Counted from the stretch's first letter, positions 1 through 10,695 are shown. The stretch: 46,384 nucleotides of DNA from a bacterium (GCA_021791275.1 JAJYWX010000034.1:1-46384), one strand, 5' to 3'. The notes: generated by a model not told the origin, from the letters alone. Translations and numbers: made by a program.

Positions 1-6
1 AAGAAT

Positions 7-36
7 ATTATAAGGTTTAAGGATCTTTTTTGTCAA
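7..36 (-). promoter_or_regulatory. Consensus sigma70 promoter pointing out of the left edge of the window
   Basis: Minus strand reads TTGACA (36-31), 18 nt, TATAAT (12-7). Confidence 0.7.
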
Positions 37-41
37 ATGAA

Positions 42-1184
42 TTAAGTATTCCAAAGTGGACTATCTATATTCTTGATAAATTTATCTTTAGAATTAAAAT
101 CTTTAATTGCATTATCTATTAATTTATCTATTATTTCTGAGAACTGTACTCCTGTAGCTTCCCAAAGATAAAATGAGAGTGATCCAGGTATAGTATTTAT
201 TTCTATTGGATAAAATTTATTATTTTTTTGATCGACTAAAAAGTCTATTCTTGCTAAGCTCTGCCCATCTAAAAGCTTGTAGATCTGTTTAGCTGTATTT
301 CTTATTGATGCATCTAAATTTTTGTTAATTTTTGCAGGAACTTTTCTCTTTGATCCAGCCATCCCCTCATTAGTCTTACTTTTTTTACCCCCTTCTTGAA
401 GGTACTTATCTTCATAGGAGTAAACGATATTTAAGTCTTTTTCAATTTCTTCAGAGAGAGATAATTCTATTTCATTATTATTTTTCATTAATGAATAAGT
501 TATCTCAATAACATCATCTTTAAATTTTTCTATAATAATTTTTTCATCAAATAGTATATCTGTATCTATAATGTCTTCGAGTTCAGAATCATTTGTAACT
601 TTTTTGACACCTATACTTGATCCTAATGAATTAGGTTTAACTATTGCAGGATATCCAATCTCTTTTTTTATTCTTTCTATACATTTATCTCTATTATTTT
701 CCCAATCATCTTTTAATATATACATCCATGGGACAATTTCGATATTATTTTCTTCTAATATATATTTGGTAATTATTTTATCTATACCAAATAAAGCTCC
801 TTTGATGTTTGGTCCAGTATAGGGGATTTTTAGTAAATCAAAAAAACCCTGTATTTGACCATTCTCCCCCTCTCCTCCATGGAATGTTGGCAAAATAGCA
901 TCTATTTGTGTGATTTTTTTTATACTACCTATGTAAAAAGAAGTTTTCCCCTTATATAGAGATATTTTGACAGGGATTTTTTTTAATTTTACAAAATCTT
1001 TAAAAGTTTCAAATTTAGAAAAATCTTTTATATATTTAAATTCGTGTTTTTTATCTATATATATAGGATATACATTATATTTTTCAAAATTAAATTTCCT
1101 ATATACCTGTTTGGCAGTAATTATAGATACTTCATGTTCTGTAGATTCTCCCCCAAATATTAAAACTATATTTTTTTTATTCAT
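42..1184 (-). CDS. ddl: D-alanine--D-alanine ligase
   Basis: FGGESTEHEVS, FHGGEGENG, KPNSLGSSIGV, ARIDF and IEINTIPG motifs; coupled to murF. Confidence 0.95.
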   Translation of the reverse strand: MNKKNIVLIFGGESTEHEVSIITAKQVYRKFNFEKYNVYPIYIDKKHEFKYIKDFSKFETFKDFVKLKKIPVKISLYKGKTSFYIGSIKKITQIDAILPTFHGGEGENGQIQGFFDLLKIPYTGPNIKGALFGIDKIITKYILEENNIEIVPWMYILKDDWENNRDKCIERIKKEIGYPAIVKPNSLGSSIGVKKVTNDSELEDIIDTDILFDEKIIIEKFKDDVIEITYSLMKNNNEIELSLSEEIEKDLNIVYSYEDKYLQEGGKKSKTNEGMAGSKRKVPAKINKNLDASIRNTAKQIYKLLDGQSLARIDFLVDQKNNKFYPIEINTIPGSLSFYLWEATGVQFSEIIDKLIDNAIKDFNSKDKFIKNIDSPLWNT

Positions 1185-2623
1185 AAGTTTTTTATATAAT
1201 ATTCATCTGTAATATCATTTTGTATTAATACACATCCATTCTCATTAAACTCAGATTTATGATTTTCTATATCATAGATATTTTTTATATTTATGATTTT
1301 ATTTTTATTCTTTATACCACTTATTATAAAGTTTTTAAAAGGGCTATCATATAAAAGAATTTTATCTACACTTTTGTCTAATAATTCACCATACTTTTTA
1401 TTTATAAGACTACTTTCATTTCCTCTTTCTACTATACCCCCCGTAGCAACATAGATATTTCTATATAAATTTTTATCTTTCATATCTTTTAAAAATTTTA
1501 TTGCAGATTGGGCACTCTCTTCTCCGATATTATAACTGTCATCTATATAAGTAATTGAATCTTTCTCATAAGGATACATCCTTCTTTTTGTAGGAGATAT
1601 TAAATTGATTTTTCCCTGTATATTTTTTATATTAAATAATTTTGCACATTCAATCGCTAAGGTAAGATTACTTATCATGCTATATCCTAGCAATTTTGTT
1701 TTAAAAGTATCTTTATTTACTTTAAAATGTATCTCGTTTTTCTTAATATCCAATATTTTATATTCAGTTTTTATGTATTTTTTATTTTTGCTAAACTCTA
1801 TTTGTATATTATATTTATCAAAAGGATATTCATATATATCTTTTGGAGCTATTATTGTTGCATCAGTTTTAGAATAATCAACTGCTTCTTTCCCAGCTTT
1901 AATTATATTTCCAATACTTTTAAACTTTTCTAAATGTTGAGTCCCTATGGAAGTTATTATTGTTACATCTGGGGAAAAATTTTCTGCTATTTCTCTTATC
2001 TCTCCAATCTTATATGCTCCTGCTTCTATTAATAGTATCTCTGTGTGAGAATCCATATCTTTTAATATTCTTTGAGATATACCTATGATTGTATTTATGC
2101 TTCTTCCTTCTGAAAATTTATTTGGAGAAAATACCTTATAATCATATGATAGTAGTGTATTCAAAAAATTTGTTGTACTAGTTTTTCCATAACTTCCTAC
2201 AACCATTATTATTTTTATATCTTTTATTGAATTAACTTTTTTAACAGCTTTCTTTATTAGTCTGACCTCAAAAGATCTTTGGAAAGGGTAAATAACAAGT
2301 AATGATATAAGGATGTATATCCATGATAATTGATATATCGCAATTATAATAAGTAGAAATATTATTATTGAATAGGGTTCAGAATAATTTTTGAATATAT
2401 TTATATAAAAATATATTAGTGTTAATAATTCTAATAATATAGTTATTGTTAATAGTAATTTTATTTTAGATGTGAATTGTATACTATTTTTATGTTGTAG
2501 CTTTTTGCCTATATATAATTTAGGAAGGGCATATTTGAAAAAATCAATCACATTGTACTCCATTAACTGGAGAGAATATAATATATTTATAATATAGGTT
2601 TTCTTTATACTAAATTTTCTCAT
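1181..2623 (-). CDS. murF: UDP-N-acetylmuramoyl-tripeptide--D-Ala-D-Ala ligase with N-terminal TM segments
   Basis: GSYGKTST P-loop, IEAGAY..GEI, IGTQHLE.F and IDDSYN motifs; next to ddl. Confidence 0.85.
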   Translation of the reverse strand: MRKFSIKKTYIINILYSLQLMEYNVIDFFKYALPKLYIGKKLQHKNSIQFTSKIKLLLTITILLELLTLIYFYINIFKNYSEPYSIIIFLLIIIAIYQLSWIYILISLLVIYPFQRSFEVRLIKKAVKKVNSIKDIKIIMVVGSYGKTSTTNFLNTLLSYDYKVFSPNKFSEGRSINTIIGISQRILKDMDSHTEILLIEAGAYKIGEIREIAENFSPDVTIITSIGTQHLEKFKSIGNIIKAGKEAVDYSKTDATIIAPKDIYEYPFDKYNIQIEFSKNKKYIKTEYKILDIKKNEIHFKVNKDTFKTKLLGYSMISNLTLAIECAKLFNIKNIQGKINLISPTKRRMYPYEKDSITYIDDSYNIGEESAQSAIKFLKDMKDKNLYRNIYVATGGIVERGNESSLINKKYGELLDKSVDKILLYDSPFKNFIISGIKNKNKIINIKNIYDIENHKSEFNENGCVLIQNDITDEYYIKNL

Positions 2624-3341
2624 TTTTCTTTAAAAATTTTTTTACAGTCCCTGAAAATAAATATGGATTCTCAATATGAGCAAAATGTGTATATCCTTGC
2701 AAAACTACAATTTCAGAATCTTTAATTTCTCTTTGAATTAAGTAAGATTTAGATATATCTAACTCTTGATCATGATCTCCCCAAATTATTAAAGTGGGAC
2801 AGTGCACATTTTTTAACAGTGGTTTTACATTATAGTTTATTGCTTTTATGAATACATTTTTTAATTCTCCTGCATTAATATAGTCGCGACTTTTAAATTT
2901 ATTTTTTATCTTTTCAGGTACAATTTTTTTTATGGATTTAGATGATATAACTCTGTTTATCTTTTTATCTTTTTCTATTATTCCTGCAGAAGAAAATAAT
3001 ATTAAGTTCTCTATAATAGAATTTTCTTGACTTGCCATATTGATAGCAATCCTGCCTCCAAATGAATGAGCGAGTATATTAATCTTTTTTATTCCTAGTT
3101 CTTTTAAAAATTTTTCTATATATCTTGCATAATCATCTACCCCAAAATCCAAGAATTTTCTGTTTTTACTTTCTCCAAACCCTGGTAAATCTGGGCATAT
3201 GACCCTGTACTCGTCTTGCATAAGCTCAATTATATCGTTCCAACTTTCTTTATTTTGTTGCCAACCATGTAATATCAATATTGGTGTTTTTTTATAATCA
3301 TTTTTTGTATCTATATATGCTATATCATTTATTTTTCTCAT
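2610..3341 (-). CDS. Alpha/beta hydrolase
   Basis: LHGW, DLPGFG, AHSFGG nucleophile elbow, WGDHD and C-terminal His. Confidence 0.9.
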   Translation of the reverse strand: MRKINDIAYIDTKNDYKKTPILILHGWQQNKESWNDIIELMQDEYRVICPDLPGFGESKNRKFLDFGVDDYARYIEKFLKELGIKKINILAHSFGGRIAINMASQENSIIENLILFSSAGIIEKDKKINRVISSKSIKKIVPEKIKNKFKSRDYINAGELKNVFIKAINYNVKPLLKNVHCPTLIIWGDHDQELDISKSYLIQREIKDSEIVVLQGYTHFAHIENPYLFSGTVKKFLKKNEKI

Positions 3342-3375
3342 AATTTATTATTATATCATTAATGTGAAAGTATTT

Positions 3376-3403
3376 TTGAAAAAATATCTTTTTAATATAT
3401 AAT
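3376..3403 (+). promoter_or_regulatory. Putative sigma70 promoter for a leaderless trhO-RimK-RimK transcript
   Basis: TTGAAA (3376-3381), 16 nt, TATAAT (3398-3403), then 6 nt to ATG 3410. Confidence 0.55.
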
Positions 3404-3409
3404 ATCTTT

Positions 3410-4267
3410 ATGGTAAAAATTATACTTTTCTATAAATATGTAAACATAGAGCATCCTTTATCATTTAGTAATCAACAAACAAAAAGACTTAAATTACTTA
3501 ATCTTAAAGGGCGTTTAATAATTTCACGAGAAGGAATTAATGGTACTTTATCTGGAAGAGAGGAAGATATTAATGATTATGAAAAATCTCTTATTCAAGA
3601 TAAAAAATTTGAAGATATAGTTTTTAAAGAATCATTTTTTAAGGAAGAAGTTTTTCCTAGATTGTCAGTTAAAATAAGGGATGAAATAGTCTCTTTAAAA
3701 AAACCTATTGATATAAATAATAAAGAAAAAAAAGGTAAATATATAGATATTGATAAATTTCATGAGATTATAAAAAATAAATCTGATGAATATGTCATCT
3801 TAGATGCAAGGAATAATTATGAGTCTAATATTGGGAGATTCAAAAATGCTATTACTCCAGATATAGATAATTTTAGAGATTTCCCTAAAGTTTTAAAAGA
3901 TATTAAAAAGTATAAAAATAAGAAAATTGTTATGTATTGTACTGGAGGAGTTAGATGTGAAAAAGCTTCTTCTTATCTTATTAAAAAAGGATATAAGAAT
4001 GTTTATCAGCTTAAAGATGGAATTTTAAATTATATTAATTATTATCCAGATGATTTTGAAGGAAAATGTTACGTTTTCGATAAAAGAATTGCTGTTGGAG
4101 TTTTATCCAATAACAGTATTATTTCAAAGTGTACATATTGTTCTAACAAATCTGATAGATACGTTAATTGTGAGAATAAGTCATGTAATAAACAATTTAT
4201 TGTTTGTACTGAATGTGAATCTAAATTTAACAAATTTTGTTCAGTTAAATGTATGAGTAAGATATAA
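3410..4267 (+). CDS. trhO: Rhodanese-domain oxygen-dependent tRNA U34 hydroxylase (UPF0176/TrhO)
   Basis: FYKY, EGINGT, LDARNNYE..IGRF, MYCTGGVRCEKAS, YQLKDGI..Y, GKCYVFDKR and a C-terminal Cys cluster. Confidence 0.9.
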   Translation: MVKIILFYKYVNIEHPLSFSNQQTKRLKLLNLKGRLIISREGINGTLSGREEDINDYEKSLIQDKKFEDIVFKESFFKEEVFPRLSVKIRDEIVSLKKPIDINNKEKKGKYIDIDKFHEIIKNKSDEYVILDARNNYESNIGRFKNAITPDIDNFRDFPKVLKDIKKYKNKKIVMYCTGGVRCEKASSYLIKKGYKNVYQLKDGILNYINYYPDDFEGKCYVFDKRIAVGVLSNNSIISKCTYCSNKSDRYVNCENKSCNKQFIVCTECESKFNKFCSVKCMSKI

Positions 4268-4268
4268 G

Positions 4269-5159
4269 ATGAAAATAGCCATATTCTCTAGAGCTAAAAC
4301 AGATGAAGTTTTGATGATTCAGAAAGAAGCTCAAATTAGAGATCACATTGTTGATATAATAAATCCAATTGACCTTGTTTTTGTACAGGATAAAGAATTT
4401 AGAATATATTATAAAGAAGAAGATATTCTAAATTATGATGCATATATACCCAGATATTTTGGAATTAAAACGTCAAAAGGTTCAAAAAATAATAAAAGTT
4501 TAGTTATAAAATATCTAAAGAATCATGGTAAAGCTGTTATGGACTCAATAGAGGCTGAAAGAGTTCACGGAGAAGGAAAGATGTATTCATTTTTCAAATA
4601 TTCTGATTTAGGAATTAACCTTATACCTACTCTGTATTTTTATAAATATCAAGATATTTCCTTATTAGAAGGTTTAATAGATAGATATAATATAAAAAGT
4701 CCATTTATAGTAAAGAGTACTACCGGTGCACAAGGCAAAGACATATATAAAGTTGATAATATTGAGGATTTATTTAATATTTTAAATGAAAATAATAATT
4801 TATCTTTTATGATTCAACCATATATTAAGGCAGACCATGATTTAAGAGTATTATTATTAAAAAACAAAATATTAGGTGCAATGGACAAAATTCATAAGGA
4901 AGATAATTTTAGAGGAAATATCTCACAAGGTGCTATAGGGAAAAGATATGAATTAAGTGATAGTTTAAAAAAGGATGTTTTACTTTGTTCTCTTTTAAAT
5001 GGAGGGGATCTTGTAGGAGTAGATATTCTTATATCAGATAATAAAAGTTATCTTTTAGAAGTTAATAGAGCTCCTCAGTTTAAAGGTTTTTCAAAATACG
5101 TTGGTATTAATGTAGCAAAAGAAATAATTAAATATTTAGAATTATTATATTTAAAATAA
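4269..5159 (+). CDS. RimK/LysX-family ATP-grasp amino-acid ligase (paralog 1)
   Basis: PFIVKSTTGAQGKDI, IQPYI, DLRV, FRGNISQG, GVDIL and LEVN motifs. Confidence 0.9.
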   Translation: MKIAIFSRAKTDEVLMIQKEAQIRDHIVDIINPIDLVFVQDKEFRIYYKEEDILNYDAYIPRYFGIKTSKGSKNNKSLVIKYLKNHGKAVMDSIEAERVHGEGKMYSFFKYSDLGINLIPTLYFYKYQDISLLEGLIDRYNIKSPFIVKSTTGAQGKDIYKVDNIEDLFNILNENNNLSFMIQPYIKADHDLRVLLLKNKILGAMDKIHKEDNFRGNISQGAIGKRYELSDSLKKDVLLCSLLNGGDLVGVDILISDNKSYLLEVNRAPQFKGFSKYVGINVAKEIIKYLELLYLK

Positions 5160-6076
5160 TGAAAGTCTGTGTAATTACAAGGTCTAATAAAGGAAATAAT
5201 CCGAATGATTTTTTTGATGTAAAAAGTCTCAAAAAATCTTCTTTGAAATCCAATCATGAATTTTTTATGGTTAATCCAGAAGATTTAGTATTCAGCTATA
5301 TAGATAATAAGCTTAATATAGATATTCTAGGAGGAGGAAATATATTAGATTTTGATATTTACATAATAAGGATATCACTGATTGTTTATCCAGAAAGAAA
5401 AAATAGTGATTCTGCTCTTATCACTGAATACTTACTTGGTAATGGAAAAACTGTTTTGAATATATCCAATTCATTCAGATCTAAAACTAGAAATAAAATG
5501 TATGATTTTATGATATTATCTCAATCTAATATACCTCTTATTCCGTCAATATATTTAGATAGCAATGATATTGATAATATAGAATATTATATATCTAAAA
5601 ATAATTTTAAATACCCATTAATTCTAAAATCGATCAAAGGGTTACAAGGGAGAAATCTTTTTAAAGTAGAAAATTTTGAAGAGATTAAAAAGATTATTTC
5701 TAAAAATAGTCATATTAGTTTTATGATTCAAGAGTACTATAAAATATTGCATGATTTAAGAGTTATAGTTTTGGATGGTAAGATTTTAGGTGCAATGGAA
5801 AAAATACCTAAAGAAGGAGATTTTAGAGGTAATATATCACAAGGAGCTAGTGGAAAAAATTTTGAACTAGATAAAGATCTTTCTGACTTGGTGAAAAGGA
5901 CTTATTATGCAGATGGAACAGAATTTATAGGAATTGATATAGCAATTACAGATAGAGGGACATTTGTTCTAGAAGTAAATCGAGGATTGGGATTTGAAGG
6001 TTTTTCTAAATATTTAGATATAGAAGTTTCAGACCACATTATTAAATATTTAGAGAATAAATTTAATAATCAATAA
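5159..6076 (+). CDS. RimK/LysX-family ATP-grasp amino-acid ligase (paralog 2)
   Basis: PLILKSIKGLQGRN, IQEY, DLRV, FRGNISQG, GIDI and LEVN motifs; TAATG overlap with paralog 1. Confidence 0.9.
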   Translation: MKVCVITRSNKGNNPNDFFDVKSLKKSSLKSNHEFFMVNPEDLVFSYIDNKLNIDILGGGNILDFDIYIIRISLIVYPERKNSDSALITEYLLGNGKTVLNISNSFRSKTRNKMYDFMILSQSNIPLIPSIYLDSNDIDNIEYYISKNNFKYPLILKSIKGLQGRNLFKVENFEEIKKIISKNSHISFMIQEYYKILHDLRVIVLDGKILGAMEKIPKEGDFRGNISQGASGKNFELDKDLSDLVKRTYYADGTEFIGIDIAITDRGTFVLEVNRGLGFEGFSKYLDIEVSDHIIKYLENKFNNQ

Positions 6077-7329
6077 ATTGTACTTATTACTTTTTTAATA
6101 ATATCGATATCAATTTTTTCTTTTGACTGTATTCTAGATATTTCAATGTTATATCCTACCTTCTCTTGGCTTGTAATTATTAGTAAATTATTTTTTCGAA
6201 GGTAAGTGAGGTCATACCCATCACCTATTTTTTCTAGATTATTATTATAAATTCCATTTAGTAGATTTTTAATTTTTATCTCATCTGTTTTTTTATTTCT
6301 TATTATAATTTGCCTAAAATTATAATCATCATAAATATATTCATTTATCTTTTTATAGTCAATTTTATAATCTTTTTTTAAAAATTCTAATATATGTATA
6401 AGTTTAAAAGGTATTTCTTCTCTTTCTATTTGTAATTTTGTAAATGTAGGAATAGATGCATTTTCCCTTGCATTAATTTCAATTAAATAAAAATTTTCCC
6501 CGTCAAAAACAAAATCAGCACCAAACATCCCAATGTATCCATCTTTTTTCATTATATTTGCTATATAATTCATTTTATCTATTAGTTTATCTTTTTCTTT
6601 ATTTTCAAGATTAGTTATCCATTCATTTCCAACACTTGCACCCTTGAAGTCTGTTAAAACATTTATACCTGTTATTTGTTTTGATAAATTACCTATCAAT
6701 ATTCCATTCTTGGTGATTACAGAATTTATAGTATAATATATTCCCTCTATCTTTTTTGATGCTTTTGATATTCTTTTAGGATATATGTTTTTTATTTTAT
6801 TATATTCATCACTATTCTCAATAAAGAAGGTGCTGTTTCCACTCTGCCCTCTTTGAAATTGTATGACGAATTTATCGCCTATTTTATTTTTGATACTTTC
6901 ATATGAGTCTTTTTCTAGATTTATAAATATGGTTTGAGGAACAATATCTTTAAATATTTTACTTATCTCTATTTTATTTTCATATTTCTTATTTAGTAGT
7001 GATGAGGTATTTAATATATTTTTTCCATTCATCACATTTTCTATTTCTTTTGATATTTTAAAGAACATGAAATTTGCTTTATCAATGGAATTTATATATT
7101 TTTGTGTATTTTTATTTAAAAGTAATTTTACAGAGCTTCTTTTTATTTCTATTTCAGGGAAGTCCTTCTTTAAAGAAAAATATTTTTTTTGAAAATTTAA
7201 AATATATGAGTTATCCATACAAACAATATAAAAATTAGGCAATACTTTTTCTAATCCCAATGATCTTTCTGGATCTGTCGTTACATATATTATATTTTCA
7301 TTTTTTATTTTTCCTTCTAAATCTTTCAT
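6070..7329 (-). CDS. ATP-grasp domain protein of unknown specificity (non-RimK type)
   Basis: FVIQFQRGQSGNSTF B-loop and GMFGADFV...YLIEINAR metal-binding motif. Confidence 0.8.
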   Translation of the reverse strand: MKDLEGKIKNENIIYVTTDPERSLGLEKVLPNFYIVCMDNSYILNFQKKYFSLKKDFPEIEIKRSSVKLLLNKNTQKYINSIDKANFMFFKISKEIENVMNGKNILNTSSLLNKKYENKIEISKIFKDIVPQTIFINLEKDSYESIKNKIGDKFVIQFQRGQSGNSTFFIENSDEYNKIKNIYPKRISKASKKIEGIYYTINSVITKNGILIGNLSKQITGINVLTDFKGASVGNEWITNLENKEKDKLIDKMNYIANIMKKDGYIGMFGADFVFDGENFYLIEINARENASIPTFTKLQIEREEIPFKLIHILEFLKKDYKIDYKKINEYIYDDYNFRQIIIRNKKTDEIKIKNLLNGIYNNNLEKIGDGYDLTYLRKNNLLIITSQEKVGYNIEISRIQSKEKIDIDIIKKVISTIY

Positions 7330-8258
7330 ACTCCAGTAAAAAGTATTACTACCTTTTTAAATAAATATCCATTTTCTAATGCTTTATATAAACCTGCAAG
7401 GGCAAGTGCCCCTTCATAAGACGTATATACTCCACTTTTCCTAAGTAGTCTTTGATATTTATCAATCTCTTTATTCTCTATAGTCCATCCCCAACCTCTT
7501 GTTTTATTAATTATTTTCTCTACATCTTTTTTCCTATTTGTTACCCTTGCTACGATAGCTTTTGCTAATGTTTCATCTTCTGATTTAAAATTATTGTCAA
7601 ATAGATGTGATATTGTATTTATTTTTGATGTCTGAACTAGATGAATTTTACAATTTTTATTTATTCTTTTGGATATACCATAAAGTGTAGTTCCACTACT
7701 TACAGGTATAAATAGGGCATCTGCTCTCAAATTATATAACTCTTCACCGATACTTTTATATCCTTGTTCAGCATATTTGGTGTTAGACCCTCTAAAAATT
7801 TCTATATTATTTTCTTTAGAAAATTTTATCGCATCTGATAGTGGTCTTAGTGTTTTTATTACTGATATATTTTTCTTGTTATTTTTTATTGCTAATTCTA
7901 ATCTTTCATCTTTTTTCTCTTCTAATTTAGAAGATAAATATAGGTATACCTTTATTCCTGATAATTTAGAATAATTTGCCGCTGATATGGCTGTATTTCC
8001 TGATGATGGGATTATAACCTCTTTTATTCCCTTATATTTTAAGTATGAAAAGTAATATGCAATTGACCTATCTTTAGCAGACCCTGTTGGGTTTTTGTCT
8101 TCTCTTTTTGCAAATACATTTTCTATGCCTGTATCTATTTCTATATTTTTTAACCTTATGAGTTCTGTATTCCCTTCATTTAGGCTTATTTGATATTCTT
8201 TAGGTATTTTAGGCGTATATAGATTTTCGTATTCCCATATTCCTTTATTTTTTTTCAT
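7326..8258 (-). CDS. Fold-type II PLP enzyme, threonine synthase-like
   Basis: LNEGNT, KREDKNPTGSAKDR (PLP Lys), SSGNTA and PVSSGT phosphate loop. Confidence 0.85.
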   Translation of the reverse strand: MKKNKGIWEYENLYTPKIPKEYQISLNEGNTELIRLKNIEIDTGIENVFAKREDKNPTGSAKDRSIAYYFSYLKYKGIKEVIIPSSGNTAISAANYSKLSGIKVYLYLSSKLEEKKDERLELAIKNNKKNISVIKTLRPLSDAIKFSKENNIEIFRGSNTKYAEQGYKSIGEELYNLRADALFIPVSSGTTLYGISKRINKNCKIHLVQTSKINTISHLFDNNFKSEDETLAKAIVARVTNRKKDVEKIINKTRGWGWTIENKEIDKYQRLLRKSGVYTSYEGALALAGLYKALENGYLFKKVVILFTGV

Positions 8259-10615
8259 ATAACAATATTCAAAATTTTATTTTTTATATATATTACTTTT
8301 TTAATCTCATTATTTTTAATTTTCTCTTTAAGTTTATTATCATCCAATACTTTATTTAAAACTATTTCCTCTGGAGAATCTTTTTCTATATATATCTCTC
8401 CTCTAAATTTCCCATTTATTTGTATAGGAATTAATATATGTGTATTTTTATTTTCAATATTTAAAATTTCTGGCCATTTAGATTTATGTATACTATAAGT
8501 ATTGCCGATTTTTTCCCAAATCTCTTCTGTTATAAATGGGGCGTATGGTGAAAGTATTATCAGAAATTTTTCCAGATTTTCTTTTGTTATGGAGTTTAGT
8601 TCTTCTACTCTATTAACATATTTCATGTATTCACTAACACATATATTATACTTTCCTTTTTCTATATTATTTTCAATTGTTTTTATAAGTTCATTTGTCA
8701 AAAAATCTTCTTCATTATTTTTACTCTTACTTGTAATATATTGCAGGTTCCAGATTCTTGTAAGAAATTTATTTATCCCTATTATTGATCTGGTCTCCCA
8801 TGATGAGTATTGTTTAAAAGGAGCCATGAACATTTCATACATTCTAATTGCATCTGCGCCATATTCTTCAATGGCAAATTTTAAAGTTACTACATTCCCC
8901 CATCTTTTACTCATTTTTCTCTTATCTTCACCATATATTAGTCCTTGATGTCTTAATTTTGTGAATGGTTCATCAAAATTTAGTATTTTTTCATCATATA
9001 AGAATTTTGTTATAAATCTAGAATACAGCAAATGTCCTACTGCATGTTCATTTCCACCTATATATAGATCTACTGGTAGCCAATGATTTATATATTCTTT
9101 ATTTCCTATAGATTTAGTATTCTTATTATCTATGAATCTTAAAAAGTACCATGAAGAGTCAACGAACGTATCCATTGTTTTAGCTTCTCTTTTAGCCTTT
9201 CCTTTGCATTTAGGACATTTAACATTTGTAAATTTTTTAGATTTTTCTAAAGGTGGTTTCCCTGTTGGTCTATAATCATCTATATCATCAGGTATTAATA
9301 CTGGTAGATCTTTCTCATCTACTGGTACTTCTCCACAATTTTTACAATATATTATAGGAATTGGTGTTCCCCAGAATCTTTCTCTTGATATGAGCCAATC
9401 TCTAAGTTTGTATTGAGTTGTCCATTCAGCATCTTTTATGCTTTCTACTATATTCTTACGTGCTTCAGAAACATTCATTCCTTTATAATCACTTTTAATC
9501 ATGATTGATTTTTCATATGGTTTTTTTTCATTTAGAACATACTCTATTTTAATATTATGTTTTTGTGCAAATAACATGTCTCTTTTATCATGTGCAGGAA
9601 CTCCCATTATTGCTCCAGTGCCATATTCCATGAGAATGTAATCTGCTACCCATATAGGAATCGGCTCATTATTTGTTGGATTTATAGCATACAAATTTGT
9701 AAATACTCCGGTTTTTACATCTTTTTTCCTTTCTACTTCAGATTGAGGAGTTAGATTTTTTCTATATTCACTGATAGCTTTTTTTGTATTAGAGTCAAAT
9801 AAATTATCTAAAGACTTATTTTCTGGTGCTAGAGCTATAAACGTTGTTCCATAAATTGTCTCGGGTTTTGTTGTAAATATAGATATACTTTTATCTAAAT
9901 CCTTTAATTTAAATTTTATTTTTGCACCTATACTTTTTCCTATCCATTTTTCTTGCATCTTTTTAGTAGATTCAGGCCAATCTAGATTTTTATTATCATT
10001 GAGTAATCTATCAGCATAGTCAGTTATTTTAAAAAACCATTGATCTATATTTTTTATCTCTATTTTACTATCACATCTTTCACATATGCCTCCTACAGAT
10101 TGTTCATTTGATAGAACCGTTTTGCATGATGGACACCAATTAACTGGAGACTTCTTCTTATATGCAAGGCCTTTTTTATAGAGTTTTAGAAAAATAATTT
10201 GGTTAAATTTATAGTAATCTGGATCAGAAGTGGTTATTTCTCTATCCCAGTCAATACCTACTCCAGAATTTATTAATTCTTTTTTAAATTCACTTGTATT
10301 TTCTTCGGTAACAATATTTGGATTTTTACCTGTTTTTATAGCAAAATTTTCTGTTGGCAATCCAAATGAGTCCCATCCCATAGGATGTAGTACTTCAAAT
10401 CCTTTTAATCTTTTATATCTAGCAACAATATCCGTGGCAGAGTATCCTTTTATATGACCTACATGAAGACCTGCACCTGAAGGGTAAGGAAACATATCTA
10501 GAACATAATACTTGTTTTTTTTTGAAGTTATATCTGTCCTATATAAATTTTCATCTTTCCATCTTTTTTTCCACTTATTCTCTATTTCTTTTATATTATA
10601 TTCTGATCTTTTCAT
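8255..10615 (-). CDS. leuS: Leucine--tRNA ligase
   Basis: MFPYPSGAGLHVGH, CP1 editing region (FTTKPET, GTGAIMGVPAHD), DWLISRER.WG and KMSKRWGN. Confidence 0.97.
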   Translation of the reverse strand: MKRSEYNIKEIENKWKKRWKDENLYRTDITSKKNKYYVLDMFPYPSGAGLHVGHIKGYSATDIVARYKRLKGFEVLHPMGWDSFGLPTENFAIKTGKNPNIVTEENTSEFKKELINSGVGIDWDREITTSDPDYYKFNQIIFLKLYKKGLAYKKKSPVNWCPSCKTVLSNEQSVGGICERCDSKIEIKNIDQWFFKITDYADRLLNDNKNLDWPESTKKMQEKWIGKSIGAKIKFKLKDLDKSISIFTTKPETIYGTTFIALAPENKSLDNLFDSNTKKAISEYRKNLTPQSEVERKKDVKTGVFTNLYAINPTNNEPIPIWVADYILMEYGTGAIMGVPAHDKRDMLFAQKHNIKIEYVLNEKKPYEKSIMIKSDYKGMNVSEARKNIVESIKDAEWTTQYKLRDWLISRERFWGTPIPIIYCKNCGEVPVDEKDLPVLIPDDIDDYRPTGKPPLEKSKKFTNVKCPKCKGKAKREAKTMDTFVDSSWYFLRFIDNKNTKSIGNKEYINHWLPVDLYIGGNEHAVGHLLYSRFITKFLYDEKILNFDEPFTKLRHQGLIYGEDKRKMSKRWGNVVTLKFAIEEYGADAIRMYEMFMAPFKQYSSWETRSIIGINKFLTRIWNLQYITSKSKNNEEDFLTNELIKTIENNIEKGKYNICVSEYMKYVNRVEELNSITKENLEKFLIILSPYAPFITEEIWEKIGNTYSIHKSKWPEILNIENKNTHILIPIQINGKFRGEIYIEKDSPEEIVLNKVLDDNKLKEKIKNNEIKKVIYIKNKILNIVI

Positions 10616-10660
10616 TAAAACGATGTTAACATAAAATTTAAATCAAAATCAATTTTTATG

Positions 10661-10689
10661 TTGATTAATTAATATTTTTAAAGTATAAT
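10661..10689 (+). promoter_or_regulatory. Sigma70 promoter of the LysW-like gene (leaderless)
   Basis: TTGATT (10661-10666), 17 nt, TATAAT (10684-10689), then 6 nt to ATG 10696. Confidence 0.65.
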
Positions 10690-10695
10690 ATTTTC

